Assembly: GCA_038127595.1 (NCBI GenBank)
Contig: JAYPIC010000007.1
Coordinates: forward strand, 22,113 to 48,620
Source: a bacterium
Lineage (GTDB): Bacteria > Fidelibacterota > Marinisomatia > Marinisomatales > UBA1611
Reading direction: 5' to 3'
Length of the DNA: 26,508 nucleotides
The position numbers and the translations under genes are program-made. Below the pieces are notes generated by a model, which made no database searches, was not told the origin of the DNA, and was given only the letters and a program-made list of their open reading frames with translations. Below, one piece after another: positions 8,351 through 16,973 of the stretch (its first letter is position 1; each line of letters opens with the position of its first letter).

Positions 8351-10248
8351 TTCTCTAATGGCAAGGAAAGAAGAATGGGTCGATGATCTGATATTAAACT
8401 TTCATATTGTGACCAACCGCCAATCCACTCATCAATATTAACAGATCTTATGACCCCGAGTTTTTCATAAATATCAAAATATCCACTGCTAATCATTATG
8501 TGGTCAAGAAAGCTCGGCCATGTTGGATATGATTGTTGTTTAGGATCATTAACTATTTTTTCGGTTACAAATAAAAAATTCTCTTTGTCATTAATAAAAG
8601 AACTAAAAGATTGGTAGATCCCAGAATCTTGTATTTCGTCATTCCAGTCGCCAATTACAACAATGTTTTTATCACCAATATTCATCTTATTACTTAAAAA
8701 ACCATGTAACTGCTTCATTGACTGTTGCCTTCTATACAAGCCATCACCACAACATTTTAAATGCATGTTCACAATACATATCTTTTCCTTTACAGATCCA
8801 CAATGATATAAAAAATCAACGACCAAAGGTGGCCTGCCTGCAAAAAAATAATCATCCATTGCAAATGGCTCATCCTGGCCCAAAACGGTAAACATATTCT
8901 TCTTAAATATTATTGCTTGTTCTAAAAAAGATGAGTGTTTACTTAGAATAAAATCATACTGTGGAAGCCAAGACATCATTTTAGCAAAATCTCCAATTTT
9001 TATTACCTCCTGCACACCAATGATATCTACATCAAGATCAGCAATGATTTCAGCTACAGCTTGCATAGTTGAATCACCTTTCAGCGGGAACCTTTCCATG
9101 TTCCATGTCATAATATCGAGCGTACTTTCCTTCCCAAGCGCAGGAATATCTAAGAAACTATACTTTGACTTAATATTAGAACCACAATCAACCTCTCCAA
9201 TATCAGCTATTTGCTTAGAATAATCTGATTCCTCTAAACTTGGTAAACCATCTATCCAATTTTTTATTGAATCCTGAATGACCTTATCTGGCCAAATATC
9301 ATCTGTAAATAAATTAACCATCATTCCCCGCTCCGTTGGGAAAGAATAATTTTCAATAACCTTATTTTGATTATCTATGTGAAGCACTAAATGACCTATC
9401 CCAGTTAGGTTCCCATAGTTTTGTAAAACAATTGTATGATTTGTTGGATCAACCCAAGGCGTATCATAACCTTTACTCACACCTCCAGTAATAATCACAT
9501 CAACTTCATCTGTAAAATGAGCTAATTCAATAGCATTACGAATAGGTCGTTCTACCCCTCGATCAATATCTTTAATAAAATCATCATACTCATCTGCCCT
9601 GTCATATGGTATTCCCAAATGCGACAAGACAAAAATTAAATCTACCTCACTACGAATTTTCTCTATCTGAGTGTTCAATGTTTTCATTAAATCTGAAACA
9701 GCAACTCCCTCATAATATTCTGGCAACAAACCCTCAGAAATAAATGGGGTTATAAGCCCTATCAATCCTATTTTTACTCCATTTGCATTAATTATCTTGT
9801 AATCTTCAATCCCATCAACGCCTTCAAGATTTGATGCAAGAAATGGGAAATTAGCCTCAGACGCTAATTTAGATAAGTTATTAACACCTTGATCAAAGTC
9901 TCTTACTCCAGGAACTAATGCGTCATATGCCATCCAGTTCATCCATTTTATAATATTTGAGCCGCCATCATATGTACCAAGCTGTGAACCCTGGAAAATA
10001 TTCCCAGCATCTGTTAGCATTACAAAGTCTTCTTTTAATTTTGCTTCCTTTCTTATTTTAGAAGCATAGGTAAATGCACCAGCTCCACCAGCTAAAATTG
10101 GAGAGAATTCAGGATTTATAAATCGTGCAGGAACTTCATGTATGGCTCCATGAATATTGTTTGTAAAAAGAAGATGAAGTTTGAAAGAATTAGAAAATAA
10201 TAAATTGACAAAAATAACGTTTAAAAATAGTATAGTTATTTTTTTCAT
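8347..10248 (-). CDS. Exported fusion: degenerate 5'-nucleotidase-type metallophosphoesterase domain plus intact EEP (DNase I-like) domain
   Basis: The N-domain follows the UshA/CpdB motif order (FTNNIHG, DAGNIFQG, PGVRDFDQG, FPFLASN, KIGLIG, LSHLG, ITGGVSK). The C-domain has TWNMERF, VQEV, NMHLK, IGDWND, LDHIMIS and SDHRPI. Confidence 0.85.
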   Translation of the reverse strand: MKKITILFLNVIFVNLLFSNSFKLHLLFTNNIHGAIHEVPARFINPEFSPILAGGAGAFTYASKIRKEAKLKEDFVMLTDAGNIFQGSQLGTYDGGSNIIKWMNWMAYDALVPGVRDFDQGVNNLSKLASEANFPFLASNLEGVDGIEDYKIINANGVKIGLIGLITPFISEGLLPEYYEGVAVSDLMKTLNTQIEKIRSEVDLIFVLSHLGIPYDRADEYDDFIKDIDRGVERPIRNAIELAHFTDEVDVIITGGVSKGYDTPWVDPTNHTIVLQNYGNLTGIGHLVLHIDNQNKVIENYSFPTERGMMVNLFTDDIWPDKVIQDSIKNWIDGLPSLEESDYSKQIADIGEVDCGSNIKSKYSFLDIPALGKESTLDIMTWNMERFPLKGDSTMQAVAEIIADLDVDIIGVQEVIKIGDFAKMMSWLPQYDFILSKHSSFLEQAIIFKKNMFTVLGQDEPFAMDDYFFAGRPPLVVDFLYHCGSVKEKICIVNMHLKCCGDGLYRRQQSMKQLHGFLSNKMNIGDKNIVVIGDWNDEIQDSGIYQSFSSFINDKENFLFVTEKIVNDPKQQSYPTWPSFLDHIMISSGYFDIYEKLGVIRSVNIDEWIGGWSQYESLISDHRPILLSLPLEK

Positions 10249-10267
10249 TTATCTTTGATCAAACAGT

Positions 10268-11581
10268 TTAATTAAACGAATACTTAACAGTGGCCTTTAT
10301 TACAGTACTTGACTCATCAACCCTATCAAGAAATGAATTTTCTTCAGCAGCAGTTTGGAATAGATCCTGATATCTATAGTCATTTGCTCCAAAAATAGCT
10401 GAAACATCAACACTTAAATTGTCAAATACAAAACCAGATCCTATTGAAAACTTTGTGATTTCAAACTCTTCTCCAAGTGGTGATTCACTAAATAGGAAAC
10501 CAAACCTTAATGGCGTTTTGCCTAGTATAATATGCTCCACTCCTAGAGAAAACCCAAATGTAGGTTGATAATTAAAAACAGCCGTATCTATTTTACTATG
10601 TGATACTTCGTATGTATCATATTTATCCCAGTCTTTTAGTACAAACCCACCGTGAATATATGTCTCAGTAGGATTGTTAACTTGCAAAGAAAAACCAATG
10701 CTCATTTCACTGGGGAGGTTAACAGAGTAAAACGATGCGCTATCGCTTATTGCGAAATTAGGTAGCTGAGTTTTTTCATCAAGTACTGGCATCAAGCCAT
10801 CAGATGAAAATTTCATTTCTAATTTAGGTTTAAAATTGAACCCTATTGATATGTTCTCTTTTATATCGTAGGTAGATCCAAAAGTAATTCGATTTGTACC
10901 CTTCACAGATAAATCCAATAAACGAATGTTAGTAGTATCACTCGCCAACGCCTCATCTTGGTTAAAAACGTTAACGCCTTTTATATACGATATGTCATCC
11001 TCATAAAAATTTTCAAAAATAAGACCTACTTTTGCCTTATCGCCAATGCTTGTAGATAAACCTAATTCAAAAGAACGTATTGCACCCTCTACATTTACAA
11101 CATGATAACCAGCAACAGGATCTCTATTATATACACCAGGACCTAGACTTGCTCTAACTTCCTCATTATAGTCGTATCTAAAATCCCAAAATAAGCCATC
11201 TGATATAGATACCAAAAAGGGCATTTTATACTTTTGATTTAGATCTGCAGAAAAAGACCATGCATAGGATGTAAATGCAGGTCTATTCAACGCATATACA
11301 TTCTGAGTAACAACATCATCAAACATATCAATGACTGGAAAACTCCTCCGTTCAGCATATGAATTTCTAATAACATTAATTTCAAGATTATAATTTTGAG
11401 CAGCATCTTTGAAAATATTATCAGAAAATGGACCTGAGAAAATTACCCCTTTTGCTAAATCAGCAGCGTTGGGAATAAAATAATTATTAGGTATCAAAGG
11501 AGAAAAATATTGTTGCCCAGAACACATTGTTATCAAGACAAAAAATAAATATTTAGTTATAAGTTTATATTTAAAAAGCAT
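10268..11581 (-). CDS. OmpP1/FadL-like outer-membrane beta-barrel
   Basis: Signal peptide; C-terminal strands FSLGVEH…PLRFGFLFSESP…FSIGSGFVFDNLSVDVSA as in FadL-type barrels; ends VKYSFN. Confidence 0.6.
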   Translation of the reverse strand: MLFKYKLITKYLFFVLITMCSGQQYFSPLIPNNYFIPNAADLAKGVIFSGPFSDNIFKDAAQNYNLEINVIRNSYAERRSFPVIDMFDDVVTQNVYALNRPAFTSYAWSFSADLNQKYKMPFLVSISDGLFWDFRYDYNEEVRASLGPGVYNRDPVAGYHVVNVEGAIRSFELGLSTSIGDKAKVGLIFENFYEDDISYIKGVNVFNQDEALASDTTNIRLLDLSVKGTNRITFGSTYDIKENISIGFNFKPKLEMKFSSDGLMPVLDEKTQLPNFAISDSASFYSVNLPSEMSIGFSLQVNNPTETYIHGGFVLKDWDKYDTYEVSHSKIDTAVFNYQPTFGFSLGVEHIILGKTPLRFGFLFSESPLGEEFEITKFSIGSGFVFDNLSVDVSAIFGANDYRYQDLFQTAAEENSFLDRVDESSTVIKATVKYSFN

Positions 11582-14039
11582 AATCTATCTGTAATCTAAT
11601 ATCGTTTGTAAAATTTTCTCCGCTAACAGTTTTCCAACTTAATTTTTGGTCAGGAAACTGTCCAGTAGGATCGCTTGGTTCAAAAATATAATTCGTCACT
11701 GGGATAGAGCTATCTACGGTCCATTTTAATCTTATAGCCCAACGATCACTAATGCGGGAAAATAAAGATAGCCAATAACGAACAGCATCTGTATTACTAT
11801 CAAAAACTCTAAAATCAGTATCTTCAAAGTTCCAAATAAAACCATTGTAAAATATCACCTGCCCCATCACCTTCATTCGATTATTAAAATTATGAGTAAC
11901 TTTAAAACCAATTGCTTCACTTCCTGTACCAGCGCTACCAACTAAAGATGACTCTTCTCCGCTAGAAGCTAAATCATTGGTTAATCTTCTGCGGTTTGAA
12001 AAGTCTACCCATGATCTAATCCACATGAGCTCAATTTGATCAAAACCTGATAAACGAATTTGGGATCTAATAATTGTTTCCTGGGAATAATAAGCTGAGG
12101 GATCTAGAACATTCATTGAACCTCTCTTCTGCCATTTATGCCTTATACTAAACCGTAAATTAAACACTGGTCTATATTGAGCTCGCATTACAGTCCTAAA
12201 ATATTTTGCCTGATCAGCTACTCTTGTCCAAGTATCAAAGTCTCCTGATAAAACCAGAGCACGATGCGGTTGATATCGACTATTTAAATAAATTCCTTTT
12301 TCAGATTGAGGCTGTGCTTGACCTGTGTATAAAAATCCGTAAATGGGATCCTCTAAATAAAAAGTGTCTTCGAAAATACTGCCCTTGTACCTAGAATAGT
12401 TCGAAAAAGATCGTTGATACGGATTATCGAAAGCCAGATCATAATCTCTGTATACAACTAAAAAACTAAGGTTATTAAATTGAGTATACCCGCTAAAAAC
12501 AAAGGCTTTAGGGTCAGATGTGTCAATTTTCATATCACCATTCTTATCTAAAATACCATACTCGCCTTGGAGAGCAATATTCTGAATTACTGTAGAAAAA
12601 TCCATTCCAAATACTCTGCGAAAAGACTTTGCTTTTTTCCATATAGATGACTCTCCATAATTAGAATACATCGCCGCTATTTCTGTATCTGCAGTATTGC
12701 CAATAGAGGTTAAAAACCTGCCTTCATTAGCATCTGCAATAACAGTGGTTGCGATATCTGGTCTGATTGGTTTGTCATATAAACTTTCATATGCTGATAG
12801 CCCAACAAACGTACCATAAAATGGAATCAATCTAAGACTACCACCATATGTTACTTCATCCAGAGTTTCAAGCATCGGCATTAAAAGAGAGTCAGCTCCG
12901 AAGCCACTGTTAGTCCTCGGGTATAATGTTATCATTGATGCAACAGAACTATCAGCGATATTTAAAATAGCGTCTCTTTTATTTTTCGATACAAACCCCA
13001 TTAAATCTAATTTTTTATTCCCTGCCTGAAATGCAATACCTTTCAAAGCGTACTGACGAGTTCTAGAAATATCGGGAAAGACTCCATGTACTCTTCTACT
13101 CCAACTATACCCAGATCTTCTAGGCGAAAAAAAGTCAGTATTCTCAAAAATTATTCCTTGCCCTATAGTAGCAGAGAAATTTCCTAAGATTACTCTATCT
13201 AACTTCACTCCACCAATGTTAAAGTCTCTATAAGTTAAAGACCATTTTGAATTTGGAATTTCCAAATCTCCAACTTTAAAATCATATACTTTCTCACCTA
13301 GTTGTCTGTGAGTAGCTAGTGACAGCTTCCAATGTTTGCCAAAAGTGGCAACCATTTTATGATGCAAGTCTCCCGGATGATCACTTATCTGATCTACTAA
13401 GCCCACTTCATCATCAAATGAAGTAGTTGAAGGCAAAGTTTTGTAGGTAGTATTATACCAAAAATGAAATGAGTCAGTTGTATCAGATTCATCATAAGTA
13501 AAAAAATCAACCATATTCCTGTAGCCCCAATAACTAAGTCCAATAGCTCCCCTTAATGCCCTTGGATAAGTTATTTTACTCTCATCAATCCTTTTCATGA
13601 CTGCTACAGCATCAACCGGGCTAACATTCTGTAAAGCCATTAAGTCATTCCATGTCGCTGTGTTAATATTTTTTGGCTCAGCCAATCTATCTAACCAAAC
13701 CTCTACCAGACCCTCATTCGCTCCTTCTTCCGATGTCCAATTCTCAACTTTTCTGTATCGATCACTTATTCTGGAGACTTTACTGCCCGAATTCTTGATG
13801 GCTCGCATACTAATTAATGGCTTTAACGCGTCAATGTCTTTTGCGTCAAAGCTTTGAATTTTTTTAAGATCGTATATACTATTTAATGGTCCTTGAAACA
13901 TAATGAAATCATATAAATCAGAAACCTTATCTTGAGATAAAGGGAGTGATTTAAGCTCTTCATAATCTGCTGAATTGATATAAATCTTTTGTCCAAAAGC
14001 ACAAGAAATAAAAAATAAAATACAGAAAAAGAATTTCAT
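11571..14039 (-). CDS. Outer-membrane beta-barrel with two N-terminal ComEA-type helix-hairpin-helix (HHH_3) domains
   Basis: HhH domains KIYINSADYEELKSLP…QGPLNSIYDLKKI and PKNINTATWNDLMALQNVS. The barrel contains VILGNFSATIGQGIIF and ends RLQIDYAF. Confidence 0.8.
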   Translation of the reverse strand: MKFFFCILFFISCAFGQKIYINSADYEELKSLPLSQDKVSDLYDFIMFQGPLNSIYDLKKIQSFDAKDIDALKPLISMRAIKNSGSKVSRISDRYRKVENWTSEEGANEGLVEVWLDRLAEPKNINTATWNDLMALQNVSPVDAVAVMKRIDESKITYPRALRGAIGLSYWGYRNMVDFFTYDESDTTDSFHFWYNTTYKTLPSTTSFDDEVGLVDQISDHPGDLHHKMVATFGKHWKLSLATHRQLGEKVYDFKVGDLEIPNSKWSLTYRDFNIGGVKLDRVILGNFSATIGQGIIFENTDFFSPRRSGYSWSRRVHGVFPDISRTRQYALKGIAFQAGNKKLDLMGFVSKNKRDAILNIADSSVASMITLYPRTNSGFGADSLLMPMLETLDEVTYGGSLRLIPFYGTFVGLSAYESLYDKPIRPDIATTVIADANEGRFLTSIGNTADTEIAAMYSNYGESSIWKKAKSFRRVFGMDFSTVIQNIALQGEYGILDKNGDMKIDTSDPKAFVFSGYTQFNNLSFLVVYRDYDLAFDNPYQRSFSNYSRYKGSIFEDTFYLEDPIYGFLYTGQAQPQSEKGIYLNSRYQPHRALVLSGDFDTWTRVADQAKYFRTVMRAQYRPVFNLRFSIRHKWQKRGSMNVLDPSAYYSQETIIRSQIRLSGFDQIELMWIRSWVDFSNRRRLTNDLASSGEESSLVGSAGTGSEAIGFKVTHNFNNRMKVMGQVIFYNGFIWNFEDTDFRVFDSNTDAVRYWLSLFSRISDRWAIRLKWTVDSSIPVTNYIFEPSDPTGQFPDQKLSWKTVSGENFTNDIRLQIDYAF

Positions 14040-14935
14040 TAGCGATTCAACTCAAAAGATATCTGATGAGATGATGGCATAACAGGATGAGTGATAAACC
14101 CATAGGAAACATTTACGTTTTTGAAGTGAAACTCAAAGCCAGATGAAAAACGATTTGGACTAGTTTGCATGCCAGACCGCAAAATAACCATTTTGCTAAT
14201 CTCATAAGAAAATCCACTACTGAAATTAGTTGAATGACCAACACTCTTATTTAATGCGACTGTAGTCCAAACCAAGTCATAAGGTGAATATGCCAATCCA
14301 ATTTGCGCCCTTTGAGGAAGTCTAGTAGCATTATTTGCATTCCCCAATGTGGGACTATTTATATTAAATGCCTTAGCACCTGCACGAATTCGGTCTCCCA
14401 ATGAGCCAAGAAAACTTATATCTAATCCAAATGTATTTAAAGCTCCCAAACTAATTCCATCAGAACCGTCTCCAGATGGTCCAGCTGAATTACCATATTC
14501 TATAGAGTAACTTTTTATTCCATATCCTATAGAAAAAGAACTTATCCCATCAGTACGAAGAGCTATCCCCTGATGTAAACCAATAGCAGTCTCCGTCACA
14601 AGCTCATTACCACTATAATTTACTGATGAATTTTCAACTGATATTCCTAAAGATCCATATTTTGGATTTTTGAATTGAACTCCAAATAGCGAATGATTTA
14701 TAAAACTTTGACTAAAATGGGATTGTGAACTCGCTACTAATGTTAGACCCTTTTGATTTACCATTCCTGCAGGGTTTACAAAAGCAGACCAAGACGTCTC
14801 TGGAAGAGCAATATCACTATTTGCCATAGAAAGTGAAGCAGCTCCATAATGTAATTGTTCAGATGTAACTTGAGAAAAAAGTTCACTATTTAACAATGAT
14901 AGAAAAGTAAATACATGTATAAAAATTTGTCTCAT
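14039..14935 (-). CDS. PorV/PorP-like (FadL-superfamily) outer-membrane barrel
   Basis: Likely start is MRQIFIH at 14935, 1 nt after the upstream TAG. N-terminal GAASLSMA…AFVNPAG motif; C-terminal SHQISFEL; TAATG coupling to the HhH barrel gene. Confidence 0.7.
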   Translation of the reverse strand: MRQIFIHVFTFLSLLNSELFSQVTSEQLHYGAASLSMANSDIALPETSWSAFVNPAGMVNQKGLTLVASSQSHFSQSFINHSLFGVQFKNPKYGSLGISVENSSVNYSGNELVTETAIGLHQGIALRTDGISSFSIGYGIKSYSIEYGNSAGPSGDGSDGISLGALNTFGLDISFLGSLGDRIRAGAKAFNINSPTLGNANNATRLPQRAQIGLAYSPYDLVWTTVALNKSVGHSTNFSSGFSYEISKMVILRSGMQTSPNRFSSGFEFHFKNVNVSYGFITHPVMPSSHQISFELNR

Positions 14936-14936
14936 A

Positions 14937-16934
14937 CTAATTCTCAAAAGTTGCAATTACTACAGGTGCAATTTTCTGGTAGCTTTTTCCTGTAGAAGAA
15001 TCAGTTATATCTAAATGCATTATGTACGTACCACCAGGCACCAATCTATTTAAGTAATCTCTACCATTCCATGTAGCTTCCTTATAAAATGATATACCTC
15101 TGTATTCATCATAAAGAGTAGTAATTAATCGGCCAGCAATATCAAACACTCTTAGTTTAATTCTTGCATCAGATGGAAAACTATAAGAGTACTTTATTAC
15201 TTCACCCAATTGCGGAACAAATGGGTGAGGAGAAACAGAAAGAGATGCTGTAAAATTTCCTGTTTGTCCTTCTAATTTTTCTACAATGTCGGAAGCATAT
15301 GCAGGTTGTATTTGGCTTGCTCCACTATATTCTCCTCCTATGCCTGAGACTTCAATGATCTGGCCCACTTGAAGTAAAGAATCAAGGCTAAGATTTATCA
15401 ACTCATTACCGCTATCAAAAAGAATGTTCGTCGAATTCCAAATCCTCATCGTGGTCACTTCACCAGAGGCATCTTGAATGCTAATATTTGCTCCTGTATT
15501 TGTGCCAAAAGGATCGGAACGAGAAATGATCTTCCCCCATATTTTTACAAAAGTATAATTATATTGAAGGGAATTAAACTCACTAACCGTCATTTCCTCA
15601 ACAGGCACTTGAGCGTTACGTTTTAAAATATCAATATTAGAATATATTAATTCTGGCTTACCATCAAACTCATCTACTTCAGCTGTAACTAGTACTGAAT
15701 CCCCTCTAGTAAAGGATGTATCCAATTCAGAACTATACAAAATAATTCCTTTACCTGATTCATCCTGTAAAAAAGCTTCAGTAAAATTTGTTCTTAATCT
15801 TCCCGCAGGAACAGTTACTACTCCATCGATCTCAATAATCTGCCCTACATAAGAATCAAGGTCTGCCAATAGGTTTGCAATGTTTAAATCCTCGGGTGGC
15901 TCCAAAATATTAACAGAGACTTTACTTGTCGAGTCTTTTAAACCATTAATATCTTCAGCAACAACAGAATAGATTAAATTACCAGATGTTTCAAAAGGGC
16001 CGATTTGAACCTGATATGTAGTTGCATTATCTTCATTTTGAGACATCGAAACTGAACTAAATATATTTAAATATTCATATTTCAACACTACTGAAGACAA
16101 CCCATCATCGTCAGATACTGACACCTGAAAATTTAATACGTCACTTGTAGTTGGCGAAATTGGGGTTATACTAAGGTCAGTAATTTCAGGTTTTGATGAT
16201 AATAAACTAGTAACACTCCACGTGTCTGAGAATGGCTCACTAGTTTCATTGTGCCCAGTTATTCCATTGCCACCAACTTGTGTTTCGAGGCCTTCATTTA
16301 AAGTTTCTGTGCGAACTAACTTTTGACCTGTTTCGTGAGGAACAATAAACGACTGGTCTGCTACTGGAGTATCTGGCTGATATCCATCAATGGCTGATTT
16401 ATCAATCGCAACAGATATGTTTACAGTATCACCCCATAATAAATAATCTACATCCTTAACAGTTGGAGAAGAGCCATCCCAAAAGAACAAGATCAATGAC
16501 TCACTTGTATTAGATAATTTAGGAGCTCCAGAGTTCCCTTTAGTAGAGACACCATCAATTGCATCAAGAAAATCATTGTCTAAAGAGAGGTCAGGAGATT
16601 GACCATAAGTACTTATATATTTATCATTGCTCCTCAAAGAAATACTAATGGACGCACCTGCTTCTAAAATAAAATCAGATGGAAACCTGCCAATGAAATC
16701 TGATCCAGAACTACTCGAAAAATTTTCTCCAGTTGGAAGATTATAATAATATCTATTAGAAGAGGCATCCGTAGCATCAGTCAAATAGTAATTAGAAAGA
16801 TCAATTGCTTCATCTGTTGGATTAGAAATCCTAACATACTCACCATCAGACGGTGTGAGCACCACCTCTGTGAAAATAATATGATCTGCTTGACCAATTA
16901 AAATGGTAGTGAATAAAATTAATATTTTAATCAT
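14937..16934 (-). CDS. Secreted lamin-tail-domain + Ig-like + tandem OB-fold protein with FlgD-Ig/T9SS-like C-terminal domain
   Basis: LTD (IIFTEV…GEYVRISNPTDEAIDLSNYYLTD); YhcR-like OB fold (IEIDGVVT…FLQDESGKGI…RGDSVLVTAEVDEF); CTD (SPHPFVP…VFDIAGRLI…WNGRD…GTYIMHL). Confidence 0.8.
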   Translation of the reverse strand: MIKILILFTTILIGQADHIIFTEVVLTPSDGEYVRISNPTDEAIDLSNYYLTDATDASSNRYYYNLPTGENFSSSSGSDFIGRFPSDFILEAGASISISLRSNDKYISTYGQSPDLSLDNDFLDAIDGVSTKGNSGAPKLSNTSESLILFFWDGSSPTVKDVDYLLWGDTVNISVAIDKSAIDGYQPDTPVADQSFIVPHETGQKLVRTETLNEGLETQVGGNGITGHNETSEPFSDTWSVTSLLSSKPEITDLSITPISPTTSDVLNFQVSVSDDDGLSSVVLKYEYLNIFSSVSMSQNEDNATTYQVQIGPFETSGNLIYSVVAEDINGLKDSTSKVSVNILEPPEDLNIANLLADLDSYVGQIIEIDGVVTVPAGRLRTNFTEAFLQDESGKGIILYSSELDTSFTRGDSVLVTAEVDEFDGKPELIYSNIDILKRNAQVPVEEMTVSEFNSLQYNYTFVKIWGKIISRSDPFGTNTGANISIQDASGEVTTMRIWNSTNILFDSGNELINLSLDSLLQVGQIIEVSGIGGEYSGASQIQPAYASDIVEKLEGQTGNFTASLSVSPHPFVPQLGEVIKYSYSFPSDARIKLRVFDIAGRLITTLYDEYRGISFYKEATWNGRDYLNRLVPGGTYIMHLDITDSSTGKSYQKIAPVVIATFEN

Positions 16935-16973
16935 ACCACTAATATTCCAATACCAAACTATTTTTTAACATGC

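Noticed and set aside
7460..10248. Nucleases as an anti-phage defence or toxin system
   Set aside because: Both have export signals and sit among outer-membrane and T9SS genes, which fits extracytoplasmic scavenging better.
13990..14039. Lipobox (ISC) in the HhH barrel signal peptide
   Set aside because: AFG|Q fits signal peptidase I and the local Q pattern better; not fully excluded.
4931..16934. Genome-wide TAG reassignment suggested by the two in-frame TAGs at 4943 and 4976
   Set aside because: The TAG at 14937 ends a complete CTD 1 nt before the next start, and no other gene is interrupted by TAG.
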